A stretch of DNA of 64,000 nucleotides from Octopus vulgaris (taxonomy: Eukaryota), in assembly GCA_951406725.2 (NCBI GenBank), contig OX597828.1, positions 76,508,001-76,572,000 of the forward strand, given 5' to 3'. Positions 1-12,234 of the stretch are shown piece after piece. Made by a program: the position numbers and the translations under genes. How positions within the stretch are numbered: the stretch's first letter is position 1; each line of letters begins with the position of its first letter. Under the pieces are notes generated by a model. It made no database searches. It was not told the origin of the DNA and saw only the letters and a list, made by a program, of their open reading frames with translations.

Positions 1-98
1 GGCCTCTCTTGCCGAACCGCTAGGTTACGGGGATGTAAACACACCAGCATCGGTTGTCAAGCGATGTTGGGGGGACAAACACAGACACGCAAACATAA

Positions 99-132
<34 letters not shown>

Positions 133-275
133 GTATATATATACGACGGGCGTCTTTCAGTTTCCGTCTACCAAATCCACTCACAAGGCGTTGGTCAGCT
201 CGAGTCTATAGTAGAAGACACTTGCCTAAGGTGCCACGCAGTGGGAATGAACCCGGAAACATGTGGTTGGTAAGC
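1..275 (-). mobile_element. tRNA-derived SINE family A (octopus OR/OK-like, CORE-type), partial
   Basis: Reverse complement of the fuller copy at 25291-25670 (GGCAAGTGTCTTCTACTATAG, GATTTGGTAGACGGAAACTGAAAGA, internal TA/TG microsatellite). Confidence 0.8.
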
Positions 276-489
276 ATTCGATGAGGCATTTGTAATAATT
301 TTAGAATTGATAATGGTGTTGTCGATGTTCATGTTCGAGTTGGTGTTGGGACTACGGCTGCTACTGCTTGTATTTGTGTGACTGCCATTGTTATGATTGA
401 CTTAACTGGTCTATTTCGGCGGCCCTTCGGACATGGAACTTCCATGGAGCTCTGCGAGTTCGAGATTAATTTTACAGACACGGAATCGC

Positions 490-860
490 CATATAGCGAC
501 GGATCAGTTGTGCATGCACTTGTGCAGGGTTCGCGTATCGCTGACTTGCCGAATTATGTGGAACAGCTGTTATCACGTGTCCGACGGTTCCGACAGTCGG
601 CGTAATCAATCGTAATGGACACTCCACCATCCACCTTTAACCAGGCAGATCACGCGGTCTTCCTGTGCCTAGTGGCTATGGCGAAATAGGTTGTGTGGTG
701 AACGAAGCTGAAGGAATTCAGGAAAGACACCTTCCGCTTCGATGAATGTCTTGTCGGCACCTTTAAGTTCCATTTGGAAAGCAAAGAGCTGGTGGGGAAG
801 TAAGTGCTACCTTCAGTGAAATTCTGAAAAGATGAGTGAATTCTCAAAAAGAGTTAATAA
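490..860 (+). mobile_element. Degenerate Tx1/L1-clade LINE ORF2 3' fragment
   Basis: SDGSVVHALVQGSRIADLPNYVEQLLSRV...LVAMAK aligns by eye with SDETVLHALMQCPTISDLWAYVERLLSRV...LVAMAK at 37960-38160. Confidence 0.7.
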
Positions 861-1239
861 TGCGACTGTAGATTGCAGAACAGAAGAGAGAACTCGTACG
901 TTTGGTGGTCAGAGTAACCTTGGATTTGTGGAGTTCCTTGCTTGGCTCGAGTTAGAGTTTCTCCTGAATCAGGAAGACTTCATCAATCATTATATACAAG
1001 GTATACATATTATTCTTTGTGTAATATACATACTTTTATCATATTTCCCTGTGTTGTCCAACTTTTTCTTGCCATCCTGTATGTTAATCCTCACAAAAAT
1101 CGCTTTCTGCCCTTGTAATACCCGCTTATCTATGCCCTGGTGGCTGCTAAAATAAATTATTATTTTTATTACTTTTTTATCGCTGGATTTGTTGGAACTC
1201 CTGGAGTCTTGCATGCGTAGTGGGTTTGTTACCTGCAGC

Positions 1240-2150
1240 CTATGGTACTTTGATATCCGTTCTTTTCGGCTACTTAATACTTTCCTGATTATTCTGTCCG
1301 GGCGAAGGAAGCCAATCGTTTGTAACTGTTCTACTGGGCACTCTATTTCAATTTTGTTTGTATTCCTATTGGAGCCTTCTGATACTCTCCCCACGGACCC
1401 AACAGTATTTGGTTCTACCTTCACCTTCGTTTTCCGTAGCCGGGCCATTTTATGCTGAAGAAGGTTGTATTTATTTTTTCGCCTTCCTTCTTGACTATTC
1501 GTTGGTCAAAGGGGCATACAACATCAACTATATAGAATGTGTGGTGCATCTTGTCCACCACCACTAAGTCTAGTCTGTTATGTTTTATACCCGATCTGTG
1601 TGGTTTGTACTCATACCTCTCACTAGCCCCTACTTTTCGCAGTTTCGAAAATAGCACTTTCGCAACCTGATCGTAACGCCACAACTTGTAGTGGTTTTAG
1701 GCAAGTCTAGGGCATTCGTCCGTGATATGGGCAATGGTTTCATCCATTCTATTACAGATGCGACACAGCAGAGACACTTTCTCATTCCAAAGGTGGACCC
1801 TCCAGTACTTGACCAAAGCTTGGTCTTGCGCTGCCAGTATAGTGCTCTCACCTTCCTTTTTTAGTGTCCCTTTCTTCAGCCAATCACTCTTACTTTTCTT
1901 CTTTTCCTATTCGTACGTCTTCGTTCTTTTCTCCTTTTTTTCTCTGCTTTCTATACTAAATGAATCCAGCAAGGTTTCCTTACTTAGGGCTAGGTATCTC
2001 ATTAAGAACTCGAGTTCGATACGTACCCAGTCTTCCACACTTATCAGTCTTCTTCCTCTATTTACTCTCTTCATGTTTAGGCGATCAATGCCCGTACGTG
2101 GAAGAAGGGATCCATGCATATCATTTGGACCTTTCTTGACTTCCTGACCA
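1240..2150 (-). mobile_element. Degenerate R4/Dong-like LINE 3' region (post-RT, CCHC, REL endonuclease)
   Basis: Frameshifted pieces: LLPRTGIDRLNMKRVNRGRRLISVED, WRYDQVAK, NRLDLVVVD...YIVDVVCPFD, LQTIGFLRPDRIIRKVL. They parallel the 47579-51640 element. Confidence 0.75.
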
Positions 2151-2220
2151 TTTCCTTTAGTTCCTCCTCTGTTCACTTCAGGATTCCAGCGCCATACGGA
2201 TCTACTGCGACCGAGCGCAA

Positions 2221-2329
2221 GTCGATAAATAAAGTACCAGTTATGCACTGAAGTCGATGTAATCGACTTAATCCCTTTGTCTGTCTTTGTTTGTCCCCTC
2301 TATGTTTAGCCCCTTGTGGGCAATAAAGA

Positions 2330-2331
<2 letters not shown>
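2221..2331 (+). mobile_element. SINE family B 3' half with Tx1-like tail
   Basis: GTCGATAAATAAAGTACCAG core, then TTTGTCCCCTCTATGTTTAGCCCCTTGTGGGCAATAAAGAAA and (AAT)n. Confidence 0.7.
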
Positions 2332-2377
<46 letters not shown>

Positions 2378-2499
2378 TATTATTATTATTATTATTATTG
2401 TAGTTGTTGTTGTTATTATTATTAACATTATTGATGATGATGATGATGATATCGTTGCTGTTGTAAAGGTAAAAGTTGGAAGGATCTTTACTCCACCGG

Positions 2500-2690
2500 A
2501 CAAAATGTTTAGTGCTTCTTCGCCAGTCTTCAGGTTCTGAGTTCAAATCTCCACTGAAGTCGATTTTGCCTTCCATTCTTTATGAGTCGATAAAATAGTA
2601 TCCGTTGAGTACTGAGGTTAATGAAATCAACTTAAACACCCACCCCTTCGCGAAAGTGCTGGCCTTGTGCCAAAATTTAAAACCGATATT
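2500..2690 (+). mobile_element. SINE family B (MetaSINE/MESC-like core) with GGCCTTGTGCCAAAATTT tail
   Basis: B-box GGTTCTGAGTTCAAATC, core GCCTTCCATTCTTTATGAGTCGATAAAATAGTA. Other copies lie near 13335-13510, 21356-21570(-), 43350-43495, 45830-46035 and 52540-52685(-). Confidence 0.7.
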
Positions 2691-3186
2691 AAAACGTCAT
2701 TCTCAAACTTTCTCTCATTCTCTCCACGTTACATTTCGCTCTCTTTGTCTCTCTTCTTTATCCAACAGTCTTACTCTCTCACTTATGTAAATATGCGTGT
2801 GTATGTTTAGCCATACACGCATGCATAACCCCGCCCGCGCAGTTCTACTCACTTGTGGGCATACATGTAGATAAATATGAATGCGCTTCATTGTAATCAT
2901 TAGTAACTATTACCGCGACAATAAGATGTAGACATTTATTTATTACGCTGTTTCGTTACAAATTACAGTCTGAGACGATCTTAGGGTCTTTCCTGCTGTC
3001 TGACATATTCAAAACCGAAACATGTTGCGGTTTGTATGGGAACTACGCCTTCTGTGTGTGTGCGTATGTGCTTGTGTGTGTGTGTATATATATATATGTG
3101 TGTGTGTGTATGAAATTGTGGAAAGATATAATATATGTATGAAAGTATGGAAATATATGTATATATATGTATGAAAGTATGGAAAG

Positions 3187-3219
<33 letters not shown>

Positions 3220-3279
3220 TAGATAGATAGATAGATAGATAGATACATACATACATACATACATACATACATACATACA

Positions 3280-3329
<50 letters not shown>

Positions 3330-3493
3330 AATTAGAAAAAAACACCATTTATCAATTCAAAATGAACAATTAAATTACACCACCTAGAAAATTACATATA
3401 ATATAAATATTAACATTAAAATAACAATAAAATGTCAAAGATCAAGTAAATTGCCAAAAAAAAAAATAATAATAACGTATATAAATTGTAGAA

Positions 3494-3582
3494 TAACGAC
3501 TCGTGTTTCGTGGCTACATTTAAGAAATGATTACAGTGGTAGAGAAATCACTTCGATATAAATATAGTCACTCATCAGGTTA
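3494..3582 (-). ncRNA. Type I hammerhead ribozyme (element A, minus copy)
   Basis: Minus strand: TAAC-CTGATGA-GTGACTATATTT..loop..AAATGTAGCCAC-GAAAC-ACGA-GTC-GTTA. Confidence 0.75.
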
Positions 3583-3619
3583 AAAATAAACTATGACAGT
3601 AGAATAATTAATTAATAAA

Positions 3620-3673
<54 letters not shown>

Positions 3674-3807
3674 TCAATAAATGGTGTGGTTGTGTTGACC
3701 GCACGTGGAGAAATGATAAGCAAGGAAAAATTGTAAAAATGCAGAATGCTCGATTGAAAGAAAATTTTAATGAAATGAGAAAATGAAAAAATATATAAAT
3801 ATATATT

Positions 3808-3849
3808 TATTCAAACCGGTTTTCGTCATAGTTTGACTTATCAAGAATA
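3808..3849 (-). ncRNA. Minimal hammerhead, U3:A8 core variant (inverted copy)
   Basis: Exact reverse complement of 4722-4763. Confidence 0.6.
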
Positions 3850-4721
3850 GTTAGGTGAAAAAGTTTTTTAAAAATGAGAAAGGGGAAAAAAAGTTGCATT
3901 GTTTTTTGCAAAAGAATAATAATAAATATGTATAAAAATAAAAAAATAAAACAATATAAACCCCAAATTCTATATATTCCCCTTCTACCAATGTAAAGAC
4001 GGGATCACCACACAGGAGAGAATTAACAAGGAGAATCTCTTTATTGAAAAATTCCAAACACAACTTAATATACAAACTCCTCGTTGATCAAACTTTCCTT
4101 TTCTACCTCATTCTTCATGGATGGACTCACACAAATATATAAGGATACCATAGATTCATCACTTCAAGCTAAAACTTATATTCTTTAAATATCATTTTTA
4201 CTATTGTTGTTATTACCATCATCTTTATTATTTATGATATAACAATCTGAAATGTAATTGTCTATGCAAATTTATATAATTAGAAAATAATATAAATAAA
4301 GTGTTAAAATCTGAAAGTTAAGTTAACAAACAATTATATAAAAAAGATAATGCAAATGAAGCTAAAATGACAATTTTATAATTTGGGGTTTATCAGCAGC
4401 CTTTATTGAAAAACTCAAAAGAGTTGTCTCCCCTTATTCACAACACAGGAACTGAAGAACCACAATTACTACTACTTCCTGTTTTGCCAACATCCTAAAT
4501 TAAACCAAACAACACATGGCCTTAATCCCATTGGATCCTAATACCTCAAGGTAATTTTTTCGTAAACAATCATTAAACTCAAGATACACAACGAACTCAC
4601 AATGTATCGGAGTACTTATTTTTTATTTTTTTTATTTTTATACATATTTATTATTATTCTTTTGCAAAAAACAATGCAACTTTTTTCCCCTTTCTCATTT
4701 TTAAAAAACTTTTTCACCAAC

Positions 4722-4763
4722 TATTCTTGATAAGTCAAACTATGACGAAAACCGGTTTGAATA
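4722..4763 (+). ncRNA. Minimal hammerhead, U3:A8 core variant
   Basis: TATTC-TTGATAA-GTCA(AACTA)TGAC-GAAA-ACCGGT-TT-GAATA. Stems I and II pair; stem III is palindromic (AAACCGGTTT). Confidence 0.6.
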
Positions 4764-4850
4764 AATATATATTTATATATTTTTTCATTTTCTCATTTCA
4801 TTAAAATTTTCTTTCAATCGAGCATTCTGCATTTTTACAATTTTTCCTTG

Positions 4851-4886
<36 letters not shown>

Positions 4887-4923
4887 TTATTTATATATAT
4901 ATATGAAAATATTAATTAATAAA

Positions 4924-4971
<48 letters not shown>

Positions 4972-6275
4972 AAAACACTAAATATACATGATTGAAAACT
5001 AAAACAATACTTAAATGATTAAATACTTTAAAATTAAATAAGATACACAAAGCTAATACAAGTCATTAAATTGTAATCAATTTAGCAACATTCTTTTCTC
5101 CTTTTCGTTTGGATTCTGCATTATTTTGGGATTAATGTTTAGCTGTGGTTAATTTTGTTATTGATATATTAATAAGTGTCTGTTAGTTTCAGTTGGGTGT
5201 CTTCACGTTAGTTGCTCCATAAGTTGTGTTTTATTCATCACATTTCTTTAGTTCATGAGGCTTTAATATTTTTCATTGATAAAAAAATTAACTATTTCAT
5301 TGAGTAATTTACTCTATTTCTTTGCACGAAGTCTCCACGCGATAAATTGTATAAACGCTTTAACTGTTTACTTTAAAAATCAGTTAATCTTTTATTTCGC
5401 AAAGCTAAGTTTGACATTTTATCTTTTCTTTATTTCGTTATGTATTTGAAATATTATTATCTTGTTATTATTATTTATTTATAGTTTATTATTGTTATTG
5501 TTATTGACTGGTTTTGTATAGGACTATTGATTGTGATTGTACATCGTCTTACTGTATTGTTCTTTAGTTCTAATATTTTTGCACTTTTCTTTAATTTTGG
5601 GGTTGATAGGTTTTCTTACTATTCTTTACGTTTATAATCTAGCGATATCTTCTCAACTAACTTAACAACTTTCTTTTCTCTTTTTCGTTTGGATTCTGTA
5701 TTATTTTAGGTTTAAGGTTTAGCTGTGGTTAATTTTGTTATTGATATATTAATAGGTGTCTGTTAGTTTTAGTTGGGTGTCTTCGTATTGTTCTTTGGTT
5801 CTAATATTTTTGCACCTTTCTTTAATTTAAATGTATATATATATTTATATATAAAGAGATCTAACGAATTACATTTAATTTAATTTAATTTAAGAATTTA
5901 TGTAGTCAGACAATATATTATTTAATTATTAGGTGGTTTATTTATTTGTAATATTAAATTTTAAGTTAATTTGGTATTATATTATTTGATATTTAGTCAA
6001 CTTTGTTATAGATTCTTATACTAAATCTATAGATACTACACATGTATATTGATTATATGGTTAGCTTATTTAAGGAGTTTGTCTATATTTGAACCATTTC
6101 TTATTTTGATTATAATTTAATGACGTGTATTAGATTTGTGTATTTTATTTAATTTTAAAGTATTTAATAATTTAAGTATTGTTTAAGTTTTCAATTATGT
6201 ATATTTAGTATTTTCATATATATATATATTAAAGTATATTTATTAATTAATTATGTTATTGTTTTAGTTTATTTT

Positions 6276-6364
6276 TAACCTGATGAGTGACTATATTTAT
6301 ATCGAAGTGATTTCTCTACCACTGTAATCATTTCTTAAATATAGCCACGAAACACGTGTCGTTA
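6276..6364 (+). ncRNA. Type I hammerhead ribozyme (element A, plus copy)
   Basis: TAAC-CTGATGA-GTGACTATATTT..loop..AAATATAGCCAC-GAAAC-ACGT-GTC-GTTA. Palindromic stem III (ACACGTGT), GUC cleavage triplet. Confidence 0.8.
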
Positions 6365-6616
6365 TTCGACAAGTTACATACGTTATTTTTTTTTTGCAAT
6401 TTATTTAATCTTTGACATTTTATTATTATGTTAATGTTAATATTTATATTATATGTAATTTTCCAGATAGTGTGTTTTAATTGTTCATTTTGAATTGATA
6501 AAAGGTGTTTTTTTTCTTTTTTTTTATATATATTATATTTTGCGAAATTTGATTTAGTATTTCTAAATTGAGTTTTTTTCCTTGTAAGTTTTGGATTTTA
6601 TTCCCTCAAATATTAA

Positions 6617-6667
<51 letters not shown>

Positions 6668-7199
6668 AGATAGATAGATACATACATACATACACATATA
6701 TATAGATATAGAGATACATACATACATACATACATACATAGATACATACATACATACATACATATATACATACACATATATATATATATATATATAGATA
6801 GAAAGATAGATAGATAGACAGACAGATAGACAGATAGATAGACAGATAAATATATATACATAATATTCTCTTCCTTGTTTCTCACTCAGTCGTTTCCACT
6901 CTCTCAATCACTCAGTTTCTCTCTCTCTCTCTCTCTCTCCCTCTCACTGTTACTCTTTCTCCCCCTTCCTTTTTCAGGTTTTCCTTCAGCATGCTTTACT
7001 CTCTTCGTCTATCTTTTCCTCCCCCCACCCACTAGTTTCCGTCTTCATCTCCCCCCTTATTCGTTCCCTTTTGTGCATCTCGAAACCAAACCAAACACTG
7101 TAGGTCGTGACGACACCTTCCATTTCCCCTCCTCCCGGCAACTGCTTCTCCACTTCTCTTCGGATATCTTCCTCGCCCAATCCTCTTCTCCCCGCCCAC

Positions 7200-7246
<47 letters not shown>

Positions 7247-8021
7247 TAACTGCGTTTTAAGAGTTGCTTATCGGAAAGACGTCATCAATAGTTTTTACTC
7301 AATAAGACAGAGAGAGAGAGAGAGAGACAGACAGAAGCGAGAGAAAGAGAGACAAAGCCAAAGACGTAGAGAGGAATATAGACAGGTTGGTATATGTGCG
7401 TGGGGCAGGGAGAGGGGGAGAAAGAGAAGCGATAAAGTCTGTAGATGTGTGTGTGTGAGTGAGTGTTTGTGTGTGTGGATGCGTGTTAGTGTGTGTGTGT
7501 GCGTGTTTGTGTGTGAGAGAGAGTGTGTGTGTGTGTCTGGGAGAGAAAAAAAAAAGAGAGAGAGAGAGAGAGAAAGTGGAAGCTAGATATATGCAAGGAG
7601 ATAGAAGACAATTGGAAGAAATTTAAAGAAGTCTCAAGAGAAAGATAGAAACAAAGAGAAAGAGAAAGAGAGAGAGAGAAAGAGAGAGAGAGAATGTAGT
7701 ACAGGGAAAGAAATAAGCAAGAGGGAGGCAAAAACGGGAAGGGAGAGGTTACAGACTTAAAAGGACATAACTGTTGATGAGAGACATATACAAACGTAGA
7801 TATAAACACACAGAAGGGAGGGAATAGGTGCGGAGCGAAAGATACGCAATACACACACGGTAACATGCACGCACGGTATACACAGCATACAGATATACGT
7901 GTGTGTGTGTGTGTGTGTGTGCGTGTGTGTGTTTTCCACAATAGTTTGACAACCGGAGATGGTTTGTTTATGTACTCGCAAAGAAGCGGTTCGGTGCTTG
8001 TTTATACATACACATGTACGC

Positions 8022-8095
<74 letters not shown>

Positions 8096-8681
8096 AAGGA
8101 ATACAAAATACGGGACAAGAACGCAAATCATCCAGACAGTTAAATGATACAAAAACGGGGGAAAAGCAAGGACTGGTCATTCGGAGTCCCATTTTTGTAT
8201 TCCTTTTTATATACGTATGGCAGCGTACATACACATTGTTCTCTCTCTCTCTCCCTCCCTCTCTCTGTATAAATATATATATATATATAAATTAATAAAT
8301 AAATAAAACATATGCATATATACATACATATATGTATGTACCTACCTCTACATGTATATATACATGCATGTATGGGTACAGGACACCAAAATAACGTCGA
8401 ACACAATGAGAAACGAAAACACAAAACCAAGGAAATGGACATTTTTTTAAAACAACGAAAAACCAGAGTACAGGACATAGAAAACAAGGAAAATTCCCCT
8501 TCTTCAGTCGCCTTAGTTTCATCTACTCCACGTTTCGAAGGTCAAGGCGATACATGACTTCCATGAAAATTTCCTTTCCGCGAAAATCAAATTAAATAAA
8601 ATTTGAGATTTTTTTGCGGAGGGTTAAAAATGGTAACAAAAACAGGACAGTTACGACAGTACATATATATATATATATATC

Positions 8682-8744
8682 GGGCGGACCAAAGCCTTGC
8701 GAGTGGATTTGGGTGACGGAAACTGAGAAAAGCCATTCGTATGC

Positions 8745-8833
<89 letters not shown>

Positions 8834-9060
8834 AGTGTGCGTGTACATTTTTGTGTGTCATTGTTTGACCAGCCCAACATAGCTTGACAGCCGAGGCTGG
8901 TGTGTTTACGTCCCTGTAACTTAGCGGTTCGGCAAAAACATGCCGATAGAATACGTACTAGGCTTACAAAGAATAAGTTCTGGGATCGATTTGCTCGACT
9001 AAAGGCTGTGCCCCAGCATGGCCGCAGTCAAATTACTGACACAAGCAAAATAAAAGAAAT
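8682..9060 (+). mobile_element. SINE family A, 5'-truncated
   Basis: GAGTGGATTTGGGTGACGGAAACTGAGAAAAGCC-(TA)n(TG)n-...AGCGGTTCGGCAAAA...CAGCATGGCCGCAGTCAA. Further copies at ~10020-10230(-), ~14795-15035(-) and ~24440-24575(+). Confidence 0.8.
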
Positions 9061-9063
9061 TAA

Positions 9064-9114
<51 letters not shown>

Positions 9115-9479
9115 TGAATAGATATGGATAGCTAGATGCATACATACATACATACACATTTATCTAAGTATACATATTTATCATATTTATTTATACACAC
9201 GTGCAATCATACATCATATGTAAGGTATAGCACTTACTTAAGCACACAAACACAGACACACATGGCACACACACAAACACACACGCATCGCACACATATA
9301 TGCTGTACATGTAAGGTCTAAAGTGAGATAAACCACATTAAGAGAGCGAAAGAAATGAGAAGAGATGTGTGAAAGAGAGGCAGTTATTTTGATAGCATCA
9401 AAGCCGTTTCTCTGCTCCTTTCAAAATCACGTGTTGATGATGTCATATAAGGTATCTATCACATTTATGTTACTTTCCT

Positions 9480-9510
<31 letters not shown>

Positions 9511-10235
9511 TCTCCCTTTCTCTCTCTCTCCTTTTCTTCCTCGCTCTCTCTGTCACTGTGTCCGGAGAGATTTATCGTTGCAGGTGCCATTAGCGAAGCT
9601 TTTAAGAAATTAATAACCAAGCTGGATGCTGGAAATTGTTATTATCCCATGGTACGTAGCCAATCCTCACATCCAACTCCACCTCCTGCCTTAATCATAA
9701 TCACCCCTTCCCCCACCACAGTCTCCCAACTGAGGAAGGAGGATGCTGTCGGCGAGAGGAAGCTTGTTCCTATCTTGCCTTAATTCCTTCACCTGAAAGA
9801 TGACCAAGTAGCTGTGACGTAGTATTTCACCTGAAGCCGAACATTCGTGATAACCAACAAGTGGAAAAACACATCTCGAACCAGCTGGAATGACGTCCAG
9901 CTCAGTCTCTCACATTATGATCGCACCCAGCTACAGTCTTGAAATAATGGAAAGATGATAATACAGTAATCTTAGATATATAACATTATATGTTATATAT
10001 ATATATACGGTGGTGGTGGTGGCGCAAATACAGACACACACACACATACATATATATGTATATATACATATACATATGTGGCCGTGCTTCTTTTAGTTTC
10101 CGTCTAACAAATGCACTCACAAGGCATTGTTCGGCCCGAGAATTTAGTAGGTGCCACGAAGTGGGACTGAACCCAGAACCATGTGGCTGGGAAGCAAGTT
10201 TCTTACCACACAGCTACTCCTACGCCCATGTATAG

Positions 10236-10275
<40 letters not shown>

Positions 10276-10749
10276 CTTGAGCAAAAAGGAGGCAGTCTGA
10301 ATTTTGGGTAATTCTTTATCAGCACTTTCGTTCGTTTATCGAACTCGCCAAGACAAAATCAAAATCAAAATGGTAAAAAGAGAACGTTTCGTTGTTCATT
10401 TACACGAATCGGAAATGCGCTTTTGTTTTGTTTAGAAGCGGAGGAAAATGTATTTGGTTTTGGGAAAAAGGGGAAGAAGAGAAGGAAAAGCATAGAGGCA
10501 GAGGAAATCGTCTGGGAAAGAGAGGTATCGGGACAATCAAGAAATAGGGAAAAAATAATAAAGGATAGGGAAAGGATACATAGACAGACAGACATACATT
10601 TATGTGATTATCATAGAGATGAGTATCACGTTATCAATATTGGAGCCACATTCAGAAAGAACGGTGATTGTGTAAATAGAAATGTTATGTCTTCATCCAT
10701 CATCGTTACTATTAAAAATAATAACAACAAATGTTGAACCCCTGCTTCC

Positions 10750-11700
10750 CTTTCAAACGTTTAATCTTGGAGAGAATTTGTTCGTAAATTGTAGTTTCAT
10801 TGCTTTTCGGAATTGTGGATCTTGTCTTGAACATTTGTAAAACAGAACGATTTTGAACTTTCCTTCACCACATATTTCTAGATGCTTTCTCAGTGAAATC
10901 TTGTACAATGTCTGTGGATTCGTGCACGTTGGTCGAGGGAATTATTTGTTTCTCCAATGTAATTTTCCTTGCAGTTGGGGCAAGTAATGCAGTATATGAG
11001 ATTCTGCGTCTTGTAGTTCATATCTGCATTTACTATTTACAGTTGTTGCCGTTGTACGTTCCTCATGTGCTATTTCCACATTCTTTAACGGAGAATTCTG
11101 ATTCATCCTCTGATGTGAATTTTCCTCTAGTCGGGTGTTTCTTGGGATTATTTGGTTGGTTACTACTATTTCACAAGGTGTTTTATCGATCAGATTTTTT
11201 ATTTTGGGGCTTTGTAGAAGTATAGGTAGGGTTTGATTTTTATGGTGTGAAAGATGTTGGCTACCACAGGGTTGTGCGTATTTATAAATGGAATCGTGTA
11301 TTCATTAATTTGTTTTTCTTCTTTTGTGTCCATAGCTGTGTGATGCTCAGGCTCGTCGCCGTTTTAATTGCCTCGTTTATTAATTCTAAGAGTTATTCTT
11401 GTTTTGTTACGAAGCCTTTGAGTTCATTGAATCGGATTTTACGTATTTTGGAGCCAAACACTATAGTACAGATAAGTCGTGCCATGCTGTATGAGATGTT
11501 TCTTTTGATGTATGAAGGATGACAAGAGTAGAAGTTCAAATATTGGTGAGACTCCGTTTTTTTCTGTAAAATATAAATATATGATTAAATGTTTGATGAA
11601 ATGTACATAGAGAATACATTGAATTATAAACAGTACCAAATTAGTCTTTAATATTCTGACTTTATTTACCTAATTATGAATATTGTACTAATATCTGATG
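10750..11700 (-). mobile_element. Decayed Penelope-like RT-thumb/GIY-YIG fragment
   Basis: Manual minus-strand translation: KRNISYSMARLICTIV..., QNLIYCITCPNCKENYIGETNNSL, SLRKHLEICGEGKFKIVLFYKC...FTNKFSPRLN, with stops and frameshifts. Confidence 0.8.
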
Positions 11701-11941
11701 TTCATGCAAAACATGGAATTACACAGAATATGGGACTTGAATAAATAAGGAATATTCATTTTCATAGGACTTTGCAGTTCGAATTCTATTTTTACTTTTC
11801 AGTGCTGACCGCACCCTCTCCTGCTTTCTTATCTTTCGCATCCTACTTCCTATCCGATGAACAACGAACCGTTCTGTTGTTACCATTTTGATTTTGATCA
11901 GTACACCATTTCAAACACTTTATACAAACATGCACACCGAC

Positions 11942-12068
<127 letters not shown>

Positions 12069-12148
12069 TACACACACACATATATATACACATACATATT
12101 TGAAAGCACAACTAGCTACATTCTTAAAATAAGGAAAAGTTGGATGCT

Positions 12149-12234
<86 letters not shown>

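Larger units (their letters stand above)
3720..4852 (+). mobile_element. 5'-truncated Penelope-like (Neptune-type) copy with inverted 5' pLTR (element B)
   Basis: 3961-4075 translates PKFYIFPFYQCKDGITTQERINKENLFIEKFQTQLN, homologous to the C-terminus of ORF 28831-30579 (PKFLVFPLYQCSDNTTDQTRINKESNLIQKYRPQLN). 3720-3945 is the reverse complement of 4625-4852. Confidence 0.8.
3337..6620. mobile_element. Penelope-type pseudo-LTR inverted complex (element A), left arm interrupted by element B
   Basis: 3337-3623 is the reverse complement of ~6237-6515, and 4905-5078 of ~6107-6250. Both arms carry a hammerhead. Flanked by (TA)n. Confidence 0.7.

Noticed and set aside
2981-3348. Many 60-220 aa ORFs rich in YI/CV/HT/LS repeats, here and throughout the window
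   Set aside because: They are translations of di-, tri- and tetranucleotide microsatellites, not genes.
9583-9651. Exon-like segment AG|GTGCC...CCCATG|GT encoding AISEAFKKLITKLDAGNCYYPM
   Set aside because: No partner exons. IVAGAISEAFKKLITKLD also resembles the R4-type C-terminus, so a decayed LINE is as likely.
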